A stretch of DNA of 64,000 bases from Lama glama (lineage: Eukaryota): contig CM052816.1 of assembly GCA_028534125.1 (NCBI GenBank), positions 45,324,001 to 45,388,000 on the forward strand. Direction: 5' to 3'. The notes beneath the pieces were generated by a model, which had not been told where the DNA came from, did not search any database, and saw only the letters and a list, made by a program, of their open reading frames with translations. The position numbers and the translations under genes are program-made. Below, piece after piece: positions 1-13,457 of this stretch (its first letter is position 1; each line of letters opens with the position of its first letter).

Positions 1-1289
1 GGAATCCAAGCGCGGAGCTACAGGTGAGGACACTGTACTCCTCACGTTTCCTGTGACGGGGAACCAGGCCAAGCTCTCAAAACCATTATATGGAAGGGTG
101 ATCCTGAGAGGATGGAGTACGTGATAAAAGCTCTAAAAGGATCCTTTTCCCAAAATAAAACAGATTAATTGATGTTAATAACCCCACCCTTCTTGAATCT
201 CTCTTCAAATGTTTATAAAAACTTGTTGCAGTGCTGCCACCTATGAGTCTGTGTTACTTTTCCACGAGTTTCGTGTTATTCAGATTTTAACCTGCTTAAA
301 GTTTGCATGCAGGTCTTATTGGATTGAAATGTAATGTATTTTGTATTCAGACTGACCTTGACTGGTTTTCAGAAGCCTCAGAAAAATGTGTGTGTAGCAT
401 CCTGGTTTACCCTGGACTTGGACTTCCAGCTACATTTTGGAAGATTTAGAGAAAGCAATCACTGTTACCATGTTTTTAGGAATGGTCAACCAAACATTAA
501 GTAAAAAGTTTGAAATTTTTAAAATTTTGGGATTCACGTATAAAATCAAGTTATTGCAAAACAGCAGGTTGAAAATTTCTATATACTGTACTTTTATTTT
601 CCTTTTTAAAGAAATTGAAATACTTAGTGACTCAAAACAATAAAAAATAAATCTTAAAGAACAATGTATTTGAACAAGGCAGCATAAGAAATATGAAACA
701 ATATATCACTAATATTTTGAATATTAGTTTAAAATAAAATGTAGAGGTTGGACTTCAAGTCAATATGGTTGACTATACTGAATTACCCTCTGCTCCAAAC
801 AAATTACTTGACAATAAACAAGAATACTAAAAATGTAAACATACAATCTAACTCACCATATAAAACAACAAATTTTTACGTTCCAAAAAGAAAGCCACAC
901 ATTGGTCAATGGGGGCAGACCTGTGACTCAGAGAGCAACCAGAACCAGGGAGGCCTGGGTTTCATGCCTGTGTGGCGGTGGCAGGGTTCTGCCTGCAAGT
1001 CATAGGACTGAGTTATGTGCAGAAACCTAGGTGCCATGAATGGCTGCCAAGATCATGAGAGCGGAACCAGAAGTCTTTGCTCACTGCCCCGAGGAAGTAG
1101 AAAATAGCTGCTAGCCAGAAGTTTGAACTCCCATGTAGATGTGACATCCAAATTCACATATTCATATAATCAGGAACATCAAGCTGAGAAATTAACATAA
1201 AACTGGTCTGGAACCTGTTAATTGTATAGGCTCCATCAAAGAGTACAGGGAATTCTTGCGGAAAACAACCCTTGTCTAGCTAAACTTAA

Positions 1290-2135
1290 AATTAAAAAAT
1301 CGTCAACTATACAAGGAAATAAAGGTCCTTGTATCATTCAAGAAAAGGTTAAAGACATTATTAACTAAAAATTTTGTCAAGTATATATATATATTTAAAA
1401 AGTATACAAACATGTAAGCAAAAAATTGAACTGCTTAAATCAAACCAATGAAAGAACAGTAAAAAGAAAAGCCAACAAAAAGCTCAGATTTATAGAAAAT
1501 ACAAAATGAGTTAGTAGAAATAACTCAAAGTTTACCAACAACCATGGTAAAGTGATGTATTAAACACCACTAGCTAATAGAGCTTCAGATTTGATTTAAG
1601 CAAATCCAGATATATACCACATGAGATTTACCTAAAAATAATGATGCATAAAGTTTAAAGTAAAGGGTCAGGAAATGTCACAGCAAAATAGAAAGCTGGG
1701 ATAGTAATACTAATACAAAACCAAACAAAATGTTACAAGCATTGCTAGAGATAAAAAAGATTTACTGTTTAATAATAAAAAGAACAGTCCCTCCTGGAAC
1801 ATGTTAACAGTGTGAATCCTGTATGTACCTAACAAGATAGTCTTGAAATATATAAGGCAAACACTGATATAAGGTAACATCAATCCTCGATAATCACGTT
1901 GGGAATTTTCAGTTTTTCAGAAACTGAGATCAAGTTACAAAAACAAAAATATTAGGAAAACAATGAAAGAATAAACTACATAATGAAGGGACTTGGCCAA
2001 ATACAACATTTAATTATAATTAGTAGAACAAAAAAGATTTAAAAAGATGTTTAATTATTCAGCTAAAGAAAGTAGAAGGAAGACGCTAATAAAGATATCA
2101 GCCAACACTGCTGAAATGGAAACAAACAGCAGAGA
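1290..2135 (+). mobile_element. Ancient L1 (L1M/L1ME-like) remnant, ORF2 endonuclease region
   Basis: A-rich, with decayed L1 ORF2 motifs such as gaatcctgtatgtacctaacaagatagtcttgaaatatataaggcaaacactgata. Confidence 0.7.
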
Positions 2136-2139
2136 GAGG

Positions 2140-2815
2140 TGGTTCCAACTTCACCTCTGCATCTCCAATGCTACCACCTTGGGTTAAGTGGCCATTATCT
2201 CTTGCCTGTATTATTGCAATAGCTTCCTAACTTCACCCCAGTTCCACTTACTTTTGAAACTGGAAATCAGATCATGTCATTCCTCCCATATAGCTGTCTC
2301 AGTGTAAAACCAGAGTGAGTACACTGACCTATTTTCCTAACTTCTCCTTTCCTCTTTCTCTCAGTCACTCCACTTGGGCCACACTGGTCTCTCTGCAATC
2401 TCCAGCCATACCAGGAATGCTCCTGCCTTAGTGCCTTTGCACTGGCTATTTCTTCTGCCAGAAATATTTCTTCCCAGATACCGACATGGTAAACTTCCCT
2501 GACCCCTTTAAATATCTGCTCAGTTCTCATCTTCTCAACGATACCTCACTGCCCACCTTCTCTAAAATTGCAACCCACGTGCCCCCTCACCCTGCAGCAC
2601 TTCTGATCCTGCCTACCCTGCTCCATTTTTCCCCATAACATTTCTTATCTTTACGATAACCCATATAATTACTTAAATTTTATGTTTGCTTTTTTATCTT
2701 TGCCTCATAAACTCCACAAAAGCAAGGATCTAGAATCTGCTTATTTTTCACGGCTCTCTTTTTACCCCCATCCCAGTGATTCAGAACAGAGTCTGGCATA
2801 CAGCAGTTAATCAAT
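2140..2815 (+). mobile_element. L2 LINE 3' portion inserted within the old L1
   Basis: L2 motifs ccattatctcttgcctgtattattgcaatagcttcctaact and gcctttgcactggctatttcttctgccagaaat. Ends in cagaacagagtctggcatacagcag. Confidence 0.85.
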
Positions 2816-2819
2816 GGAG

Positions 2820-4500
2820 TTTACTGGTTACATTAATAAAGTGTAACTGTTTGAAAAGCTACTTTTTGAAAAGACACTAATAATCATTGGCATTATTGAT
2901 CACTAGAAAGAAAGACAGCACAAAAGACAATGTTAAAAGTGAAAAGGGGATATAACTTTAGATATAAGAAAATAATACGAAGCATTCTATGCCAACAAAT
3001 TTGAACACTTAGGTGAAATAAACTGTCTTCTAGAAAAAAATGAAAGTGACAATAAAAATAGAAAACATAAATAGACTAAAAACTGGTAAAGATATTAGAG
3101 TCAAAACTCACCCCATATTTTCAGGTAATTAAGGTTTTACAAGTGTTAAATAAACCTTTATGGAATGGATGACTCCATCTTACACCACTAATATTATAAA
3201 ACAGAAAGTTCTCCATCTAATTTTTTGATGCTGTCATAATCTGGATTTCAAAAGGCCAGAAACATGGGAAGTATCATAATAAATCAATCTTGCTTATAAA
3301 CATTCATGTGAAAAAGCTAAATTAAATATCAGTAATCTGAATCCCAGAGTGGACCAAAACAAAGTAAGGTTTAGACAAGGATTTCAAAGATAGCTTGATA
3401 TAAGGGTATCTTATCACTCACAGATTATAGGAGAAATATCATACAGTAACAAAAAGAATATGATCTTTGTATAGGGATAAGAAAAAGAACAGAAGAAAGA
3501 GCCCACCCACATGGGAAGGGGAATTTTAGTATAAGACAAATAAATGGGGGAGAATAAATTACTCAATAAATGGTATTGAGACAACTGATGATTTTTTAAA
3601 AATAAATCCCCACTTGACATCACTTATAAAAATACATACCAGATAAATAAAATATCTAAATGTAAAAAGTAAAACAAGTATTTTAGAAGAAAATCTAAGA
3701 GATTACTTTGTGATATTGGGATAGATTTTCGGTTAATATGATGACATCAATTTGAGTATTCATTTGGTACACAGAATTAAAAAGATAAGGTATAGACTAG
3801 AAGCAGAAGTTTGCAACATATTTAATTGATAAACTGTTATTATCATGTAAAAAGTTATATACAACTCCTACAAATCAATGAGAAAAAGACAAACTATCTA
3901 CTGGGAAAATGGGCAATTACTGAAAAGGACCAAGCACCAAGTGTCAACGCAGCTGTCGGGACACACTCCTATGTATCTGATGGGGTGTAAGTTGCTGCAA
4001 CCGTTTTCAAGGGCAATTTGTCAACATCCACTAATATTTGAGATGTGCCTCCATGAGTCCAGCACTTTCATTTCTAGTTTTATGTCCCAGAGAAATTTTT
4101 GCTTATTTTTCCATATGCAAATGTGTTCAGCGAACCACTACTTATAAGAATAGAAAAATCTGGAAAATCTGCATGTTTATCTATTGATAGCTAATAAATT
4201 GAAGAAATAAATTATATTCTATTCATACTTTGCCATATAGAAGAACAATTTAAGTGGTGAACTGAAGGTGTATTTATCATGTTGGAATAACCTCTAAAAT
4301 ATTACACTGATTAAGCAAGCAAACTGCAGAAGGATAGGTACATGTAAAGAAATTAAAACCCTATGTAGTTCATGAAGACTACAAAAGCGGGTAGGAAGGA
4401 TATACAGTACTTTTCAAATCACAGGGAAGGGAAAAAGTTGAACTGTACCTAGGGAGTATTTCTTTAAAAAAGAAAACTAAGGGGAAAAAAGTCTAATGTT
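2820..4500 (+). mobile_element. Ancient L1 (L1ME-like) ORF2 and 3'UTR remnant, continuation
   Basis: Motifs ttctatgccaacaaatttgaacacttaggtgaaata, ctcaataaatggtattgagacaactg and caactcctacaaatcaatgagaaaaagac. Confidence 0.8.
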
Positions 4501-5063
4501 TTCATCTGTTGGACTTTGGTTCTGTCATGTTCAATGAGTCTGGTGAGTCTGGAACACGTCGTATTTAAAGAGGCTGGTCCTTGATGGTGGCGATGTCTTA
4601 ACCCTGGGGCCGGGCAAGGCATCACCGATGACTGGGATATTTCCAGTGTGTTAGATAAATCTGGTCATGTATAAATGGGCCTTACTGCTGGGAGCATAAG
4701 CCTAGAGGCAGGATGTCAGTTGGGTCAGACAAACAGAGTTCAAAAGAAAAGGATACCAGGATGGACTTTAAGAATATCAAAGTCAGCAAAGGTTATTTTG
4801 AAAATATAGCCACAAGTAAATAAGCAAGCAATCAAGAAGGAATGATGAAGCAGACCTCGGTAAATAGAATTTATGGTGCAAACCAGGCCTGTAACCCAGA
4901 CCTGGCTTGGCTCTCTTTAGAACCCTGGGTTCAATGAGGCCAGGCCCTCTAGGTTTATGTAAATAACTGGGTATGCAGGAGAAGAGGACTTCTGGGAGGA
5001 ATGGATTTTGTTAGGAATCCTCCCCTACACCACGATCCAGACACCTCAAGACAGACTCAGTCT

Positions 5064-5172
5064 GGTGGGGGGTACAGCTCAGCGGCAGACTGCGTGCTTG
5101 GCATGTATAAGGTCCTGGGTTTAACCCTCAGTGCCTCTGTTAAGGAAAATACAAAAATAAAAAAAATAAACA
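5064..5172 (+). mobile_element. tRNA-Ala-derived camelid SINE (Vic-1-like)
   Basis: ggggtacagctcagcggcagactgcgtgcttggcatgtataaggtcctgggtttaaccctcagtgcctc followed by an A-rich tail. TSD caagacaga(c/t)tcag at 5047-5060 and 5173-5186. Confidence 0.9.
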
Positions 5173-6914
5173 CAAGACAGATTCAGCAGCAGGGATGTAG
5201 AACTCTATTCTTTACTCATAAATCTGTCTTTCTACTCTTTTTACCAGAAACAAAAGCAGAGAAAAGCTGAAATTCAGCCATTCATTGGTTTAAGGAATTA
5301 AAGCAAAACAAAACCAGCCACTGGACCTGAATAGCAAGTGAGTCTCTAGTGTCTCCTAGCACACAAAGCCTGTTATTTAAGAAATCCTGGTTTAGAAAAC
5401 AAATTCCCTTAACAACAAAAGAAAGTCTGCTGGCTTGGTAAAGCTTAGAAACCAGCAGGCTCTTCAAAAAGTTCATTGTAAGATTTAGTATTTACACCAC
5501 CAACAAAATTGTCAATAAATTAGACTTACTATTGTACAACACAGGAAAAGAGCAATGTTCCTTGTTTATCTTTGGCTGCTGTTTACTTTTAGCTCTGCTG
5601 TGGGAAAGAGAACTCAAACAATGCTAAGCTTTTCCTTAATGAGATCTTGATTACAGACAGTCTGGACCAAGGTATGAAGCACAGTCTACCAAAGCAGCAG
5701 AGCAAAATTAAAATCTCACCCCTGCAAGCAAAACGGTCAAGTCACTGCAGTTTATCTTCAGCCCAGAGCAGAGCCTTCGCACTTCAATGACCTCCCTCTG
5801 TTCACTGAGTGTTTGCCTCAACTCACTCAACACCCTTCTTGATGCCCTTTCTCATCTGTTTCGGTATCTTTCCATATTCTGGGCTGGCCTTGCCTTGTTC
5901 CCAAACAAGGAAGCACACCCACTGTATCTCAGCTTCCCCACAATACAACCAAATAGGCATTGTAAAGAATGTGAGAGATTTAATCTATTTGTTTGTAACT
6001 TGGGTTCTATGATGAGGTTTAGGGGCCCAAGAAACACCCTGAATGCTTACCATTTCTGAAGACAGGGAGTTCTGAGCTTTTGTTAGATTATCAGAGATTA
6101 GCAACCATTATTTAGCCCATTCATTATTATATGGATTGGAAAATGATAACTGAGGGATTGTTCCTTTTCTTCCCTCTAGTTAGGCAGCTCATTAATGGCA
6201 GGCAGAGAGAGGACTGGTTTCTAGTCCTGTGGACTTTTGCTCCTACCCTCCTCACACTGTGAGAGCCAACGTTAACTTCACTTTATGAAAACATTCATTC
6301 TTACTGATAGAAGAGGCATTTTACTAGGCTTTCGGTGTTCCCATCTCTCACCTGCCAAGTCTTTTTGGTACACCTCTAAAATCCACTCACAGCACAGATG
6401 GCTGTGTCTGTCACCTATGAGTTCAGGAATGATCATGTTCAAAGTGCTATTAAACCTCTCGAAGAGCTTCAGCATTGAACTCATTCCTTCTATTAACTTA
6501 GATCCAAGGAGGCACTAATCCAAAGTCATCCCGAGTTAACAGTAAGTACATACTTATTTCCTTCCACTCCTCAACATCAAATGCAGAGGTTTCATTGTGA
6601 TATTTTTCATTTTTGAAGACCTGCGTTCCAACATAGGGAAAGGGAATTGTACCAAGATAGAAAATATATATATATATCGTATAATAATTAAATTTCAGGA
6701 TTTTTGAATAGTAGCTTGCTTACAGTTTCCAAAGCAACAAAGCGGTCAAATGATCTTCGATTGCTTTATTTTTAAAAGACATTGTTTTATGCTCTGCTCC
6801 AATGAAATATTTTACATTTCAATTGCTGGCATCATACCTATTCTGCTTTAAAGCATTTGCAAACATTTAATCTTGTTTTTAAGTCCCAGAAGTTTCCTAA
6901 AGATTAGCAGAACT

Positions 6915-7115
6915 GCAGGCTAGTGGTTTAAAGCCCTGACCTGGGAGCAGGTTCACATCCCAGCTGAGCCACTTGCTAGCTGTGTCACTTGTACAAGTTT
7001 TACAAAGCTACTTTGTGCCGCAGTGTTCTCATTTCCAAAGTGGAGATGATGATAACAGCATGTACTTCAGTGCAGCATTTTGTAGTAAGTATGCAGTAAG
7101 TATTATTACTACTTT
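6915..7115 (+). mobile_element. MIR SINE
   Basis: MIR core ccacttgctagctgtgtcacttgtacaagt...cagtgttctcatttccaaagtggagatgatgata. Confidence 0.85.
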
Positions 7116-8977
7116 CAGGTGGCATTTTCTTGGTTCTCAGCTCATTAATATAATGTGACCAGTTCTTCAAATTTGTCACCTCTGCCTTGAGAATTGAGGT
7201 GCTTTCATGTGTTGAAGCACCTGCTGAGCTTTTCTATGTACTTTGCCTTATTTGTTAGCAGTGCGTCCAGAGCTCCTGGGCCAACCACAGCGGAGTAACA
7301 CACTAAGGCAGTGTTGCTTCCATTCCCTGTTTGGGCTGTCAACAGAGGTACTGGCATAAATGCAACGGCCCACCACGGAAACAAAAACTAAGGGTTTGTG
7401 TGCGCTCTTTTCACTGCTACTGACAGGTGGTGGCCAGGGTTCACAGGCTGCCATTCTGAATGTGGTGGCAGAAGGGAGGGGGCTTGGTCTTTCGCCTGTG
7501 GCAGTCCCCTGAGAGATCCAGTGAAACAAACCATCTTAAATGAGAGCTTGCTTTTCCCCGTTGTCTCTCACAATCGAAAAGAGCCCACCTATTCACAAGT
7601 AATTATATCCATTGTTCCAACTCTGTGTCCACAAAGGTCTTTCACTTTTATACTAAATCAACCCCAAATTCTTAAGGTATTTAGGCATCATTTTGATAAT
7701 TGGTATTAAAATGCTTACCTGTCAGGCTTAGGTAAGACATGGCCTCAAGAATCTTCCTCCTGCCCTTGAGCAACTTTACTGTCTTTGCAATATGCTAGCT
7801 CCAGATTTTGTCCCTAATTGTGTGATTTTTATGTAATTCTGCATGGGGGAGGAGATGGGGAGCTGTGAATGGGAGGAGTAAAAAGGAAAGGAGAACAGAA
7901 AAGCAAGGGGATTTTAGAGAGAAGAGAGGGAGAATTATGCAGAATAGGAGGGACATGTTATTTAATTGTGCAGCAGGCCTTCTACTGCGATGGACAGGGA
8001 ATGGTCTCAAGGTTGCCAGGGTTGGTCTGAAAAGCCTGTTATGGGCATTCAACCTTCCTAGTCTAATGAGAACTCAAAAAGCTGCAGTTTATAACTCAGA
8101 AGCAGCAATGGAAACTTTAAAGCCTTCTACCTTGGCACAATTCCCAGGGAAGTCGATGTGGAGACCCACTGACTATGAACACCATTCTGTGCAATTTGAC
8201 GCTTTTCATCTGGTAGAATTTTGTTGCCAAGGCTATTGCATCAAGTTACTGAAATCTTAGTGGATGTAAATTGTCTCATCTGTCACTTAGCCTGGCAAGA
8301 AACTGAAAGGCCATACTCTCTTAAATGAAAGATTTAACCTCTTTAGCCCATTGTGCAAGAGGCAGCATTCTAAACCCTAAAGAAACGTTCACGATTTACT
8401 TTATGTCTGTGAGAACAAACTGATTTTTTTTTTAACCAAAAAGGAAGAGTTTTAGTGGAAACTAGTTCCCCTCATTATGAAATATGCAAACATTCAGAGG
8501 CATTGCCTAGGGATTAGGAATTTAATTTTATAACTTATAATCATTTCGTGTAGTTGCTCAGTTTTTAAAAATCTGTGTGGAACTGAGCACTGCTTTTAGT
8601 AAAATGCAAGGAGAGAAAGAAATCAGTACTGATTTATAGAGGATGTAAACAAAAGTTTAATGTTTTAAAATCCTAAATGTTGGCAAAGTAAGGAGTTAAC
8701 AGAGCATTAACTTAGGGTTTATTAATCTAATCAAATAATTCAGGGAATATTCAGGGATGGCTTCTCTTTTTGAAACAGGGCATTATTAACATGAACTTCC
8801 TTTCTTCATCTAGACTGAAAATGCTCAAACCTTCAGTGTCATTGCCATTCTTCTCTGTCTCAAAGTCATCACACAGTAGACAAGGCTAGGGATACAGTGG
8901 GGGAAATGGTTAAGATCACCAAGAGAACAAGCAGGTGAGACAAAGCGATGCTACATGGTTGGGCATCTCGGGAGGAA

Positions 8978-9134
8978 GAATTCAACTCTGGCTGTACATT
9001 TGAATCAGCAAGGGAGTTTTTAGAACCTACTTACATCTGGGCCCTAGGTCTTAGGCACAGAAACTGGTTTAAGCCCTAGTTTCAAAAAGCTTTCTGGTGA
9101 TTCTAATGTGTAGTCAAAGGCTGAGAACCAGCGG
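8978..9134. mobile_element. MER5-like hAT-Charlie DNA transposon fossil
   Basis: caactctggctgtacatttgaatca...ggtgattctaatgtgtagtcaaaggctgagaacca. Confidence 0.75.
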
Positions 9135-12100
9135 CCTATAGGATGAAAAACATGAAGGGATAAACTTTAATCTGTGAAGTTCTAGTAAGGGCAGTTACTA
9201 GTTGCTATATGTTAATTATTACAATTAGGTTCTAAAAATAAACAAAAATAATATATGAAAAGCATTTAAATAACATTCTATGCTTTTCACTCCACTTCTG
9301 TCAGTACAAATACCTGCCTTTTCCAAAAGGGAAATGTAGTTTTAACAGCCTCACTCAGGGCTCCAGGGGGAAGTTCTGCTAGGACTCTGAGTCCCTTGAC
9401 CCCTTAGCCACCCCTGGAGCTTTGAGGTGACCCAGGACCCTTTTGAGATGATGAGATAGAAATCATGGGTGGGGATATGATTTATGTTTTTGAACCAGAT
9501 ACCAGAAAGTATTTCCAAATAGCCTTCACCCACTATTTTTAGACAACTAAACCTGAAACAGTTCAAGAAAATTACCAACTCTAACTCAAAAACGAAACCA
9601 AAGATAGGGAGAGGAAACATACACCTTTTAATTGGAGTGTACAATAATAATTGTATTTCTGGTGTCAGGTCTTTGTTTTCCATTCCATTCCCACTGCATC
9701 TCTAAGTCTTTATCACCTCACCTCTATTCTTTAGACTATCACACCTTCTCCACTGGGCTCTGGTGTGCCACCCTTAATTCAACCTGTGAACATCTGCAGA
9801 TTAATTTTGATGCTCCGAGTATATAGTGCTGATATTCAAGTCATAGTTTAGCTACATGTTATAGTGTTTTAATCACAAGAGTGTTTTTAATATTTAAACA
9901 CTGGCCCTATTAACAGTACAACTGTAATATGTAAGTTTGCTTGTAAGTAAGGGTTTCTGTTTAAACATCCACCTCCTTTTAAAATCATTAGGTCTTAAGT
10001 TTATCTGCAGGATCTTCAGTAGGGAAGAAGAAATCATTTCTAATTTAACCCACACAGAAAGAAGAAAGTCAGACCTGAGACAACAGGGAGCTCAAAAATT
10101 ATAGAAACATCCCGAGGATCCCAAACTTCCTTTCAAAGACCCGAGGATTTCACACCTATATTTAGTTATTTTTAGCTCTTCTGTCTCCTTTAAATGTGAC
10201 ATCTTAAAACAGCAATAAAGAAAGCTGTAGGCTAAAACTAACTTACTAAACCCGTTGGAACAAGTCTCTCTCTCATATGAAGGGAAACCAAATCACCGTA
10301 TTCATCGCCCCCACACTGTATCAAGAAATCAAGCTTATCTGTGACCCAATTCTAGTTGCTCATAAATGGGTGTGGGGTTCTGCAAATGCCACAGTGGAAA
10401 ACACTTGAAGGACTTGTGAGCCTATAAATGGATGTTAGCCATTTCAAGAAAGCAGAGGCCAAGCCAAACTCTTAGCTGTCTATATTTAGCCTTGATTACA
10501 GGGGTTACACAAATAAGAACCCAATGTATCCAGGGCTTAGAAAATTGCTTAGAGGCATTCCTTTCCATAAATCTTAAAGCACAGGGGTACTCTATACTGA
10601 GCATCTGAATCACATCTTTCAGTCAGATTTTCTTTCCTGCTGCCTATTTTCATGGCAGGAAAAAAAGAGTTCTTAGGAGCACAGAAAATTTCTATAGTTC
10701 AACTGTTCAACTCTCCTTGATGGTAAGCCTAGTGGTTCTTCCCAGTTGGGCTCCATGGACACCCTACAAGCAGCTGGATTAACTAAGCTTAGTCTAGTTT
10801 TAGCAGAAAGGTAAATGTTACCACGTTTACTTGGCTATAGCATCTACTCATAAAGATCGTTATCACAGAGCAGAGGTTGCATCGATATGTGCAGTGGATG
10901 GCTGAATCAGGCACATGAGGCTGGAAGGAAAACACATCCTCAGCTGCCATCGTTGCTGACTGAACAGCACACTAACAGTGGTGCTGACCCATTCTCACTG
11001 GTAGGCAATCATGTAAAAAGTGATCACCGGCTCTTCCTTTGATGTACGGTATCTCAGATCACATGAAGCATCTAAGTCTGAATTCCAAGTGTTTCAGTTG
11101 CCCCAGGTACAGATCATATTAGGCTTTCTACCTAGACACTACCCATCTTTTAAAATAAAATTCAGAACTGCCTGGTATTTTCTGAAAAACCAGGACAAGG
11201 GTTACCATGAGTCTGTGCCACACAAATGTAATGACTTTGGGTACAACCACACGGTATCTACCAGCTGCAAGCCTTTGATGAGGGCCAGTGTGATTTATGC
11301 TTACCTCTGCTTTCCCCTCCTTTGGTAAAGACTCACATAAAATGATGAGATGGCACAGGACTATTTATTTCATACAGGAAATGTGGAAGATAAGCAGCTT
11401 CTAACCTGGTTCTCTGTGTGGGCTTAATTAGATCTCTGATTCTTTCAGGAGCACAGAAATAATCAGCCTCAGCTTTGATTTCCCCACCTAATATAAATAA
11501 AGCTGAGTTCATTAAACCATCTGATCTGCTTCTAGCCACTCAAATTGGATTTTATGTACTTTGTAAATACAATATCGTGAGGAAATCAACAGAAAAGTAA
11601 TACCACCGAGGGAAAGACAGTAGGCCTCGGTTAGAATTCAAGTCATTTCTTATTTACCAACAAATGAAACTGACAACCCTTATGCCATTTTGCATTATAG
11701 CCCTTCAAAAAAATCAGTCGTGACAGTTGTAATTGACATTTTAAAAACAAGATAAAAATGAGGTTAGATAAATAATTTTCTTTCTGCAATTCAAAGTCCC
11801 AACAATAAATTAACTGACATAAAATATTTGCCCTTAGGGATCCAAATCATTGATTTGTGTCTCTTTCTGACATGGAAATATTTGCTTTAAATTTACATTA
11901 AAATTTGAAAAAAAATATAAAAAAGACTTAAAAGAAGAAACATGCTTAGTCTAGCATGCTTTCTCTTTTTGTATACTAGTAAACTGGAGCTTAAATAAGC
12001 TTGAAAGAATTCAAAGTTAAACATTACCTATTTCAAATTAAGTGACATTCAATGAAAATATTTCTTTTATTTGAATTGTGACACATGCAGCACAAGAACT

Positions 12101-12374
12101 AAGTTTAACCCAAAATCAGTACCTCTTAAATAATATTTCAGAAATTTAGACAGAAAGGCACTGGCATTCAGTAGGTTTAGTGTCCTCTAAAATGCCTCGT
12201 ACTGGTTTATGCTCTTCCCAGTGTCTCCCCAGTGTCTCAACTTCTATCAGGCCCCTGTGCCTTCTAACTGAAATTGCCCAGCCCTGCACCCTTCCTGAAC
12301 ATGCACAACGGCAATGAGTCTTTCCCTCGTGCTTAGCTCTGCCTCACAGTCTACAAATGCCAGAAGGGATTCCA

Positions 12375-12575
12375 GGCAATGTTGTGATGGAAAGAATACA
12401 CACTCAGTCCACAGTCACAGCCTCGAATTTGTCATTTCCTTCTGATATAACTTGGTGCAAGTTACTAAAGGTCCTCAAACTCTAATCTACTCGAAAATGG
12501 ACGATAATGATACCTCACTTATTATGAGAATCAAGTGGGCTATTATATATGAAAACAATTTCTGAAATGAAAAGT
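12375..12575 (+). mobile_element. MIR/MIR3 SINE
   Basis: gtgatggaaagaatacacact...cttggtgcaagttact...aaaatggacgataatgatacctcac. Confidence 0.7.
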
Positions 12576-13457
12576 CACATATTACCTGGTAAGTTCTTTT
12601 TTCTTGCTGATTAGGTAATGCAGGCCAGTGCCTATGTCAGCACTAAGAAAGTCACACAGTTCAGAGGGCTGAGAACAGAACTGGACACATGCTGGATTCC
12701 TAGTCCCACTCCTTAAGAGCAAGGCCAGCTTTCAAAAGCACACACCCGTGGTGGCCTGACAAGAAGGATTACTGGGACCTGAGCAGAAATAACATAAACC
12801 AGCAAACATTACACAGACAGTAGCATCACGTGCAATCTATGGGGAAGAAATCATCACCATTCGGCCATAACGAGGAGCCATAAAGAAATTTTAGAAACAT
12901 TATCATATTTTGTCTACATTTTTTTTAAACATGATCTATTTTGATCACCAAGGTGTAGACAAGTCCAATTATTTGATGAGAATTTTAAAGTTTCAGCTGC
13001 TCAAATGATAATTATACAAGAAGGAAGTATTAGAAGAGGTGCAGAGAGTTGGAAACTGTCAGACAAATGAATAAGGAAATTCTCTGAGAAAGAAGAATTG
13101 TATTTCTCTCCATATATATTTAAACAGCTATGCAAATCTAAAGAGTTAAAATGTAAAGAACTAAAAATATTCATTTTTAAAAAACATGTACTTGGACGAT
13201 GGTATTTTCACTGACAACCATTTCACTTGGATGATATTTATCACAAAGAATCCTAGAAATTTTATAATTAAAAAAATAACAAAGCAGTTTCCTAATCATC
13301 AGACTCCCACGAAACAAGTAAAGATCTAATGGCATCATTTCCAATTTTTTCCCAGAGAATGAGAAAAAAGCATAAGTAAATTAATGGCACAGTGATGGTC
13401 AAGCTACCTCATCTATTACCATTAGGTAAGGGTACCAAAAAGTAACCCTAAACTGGT

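Noticed and set aside
7248..8260. Overlapping ORFs of 85-131 aa
   Set aside because: No recognisable protein similarity, mostly non-ATG starts, and lengths expected by chance.
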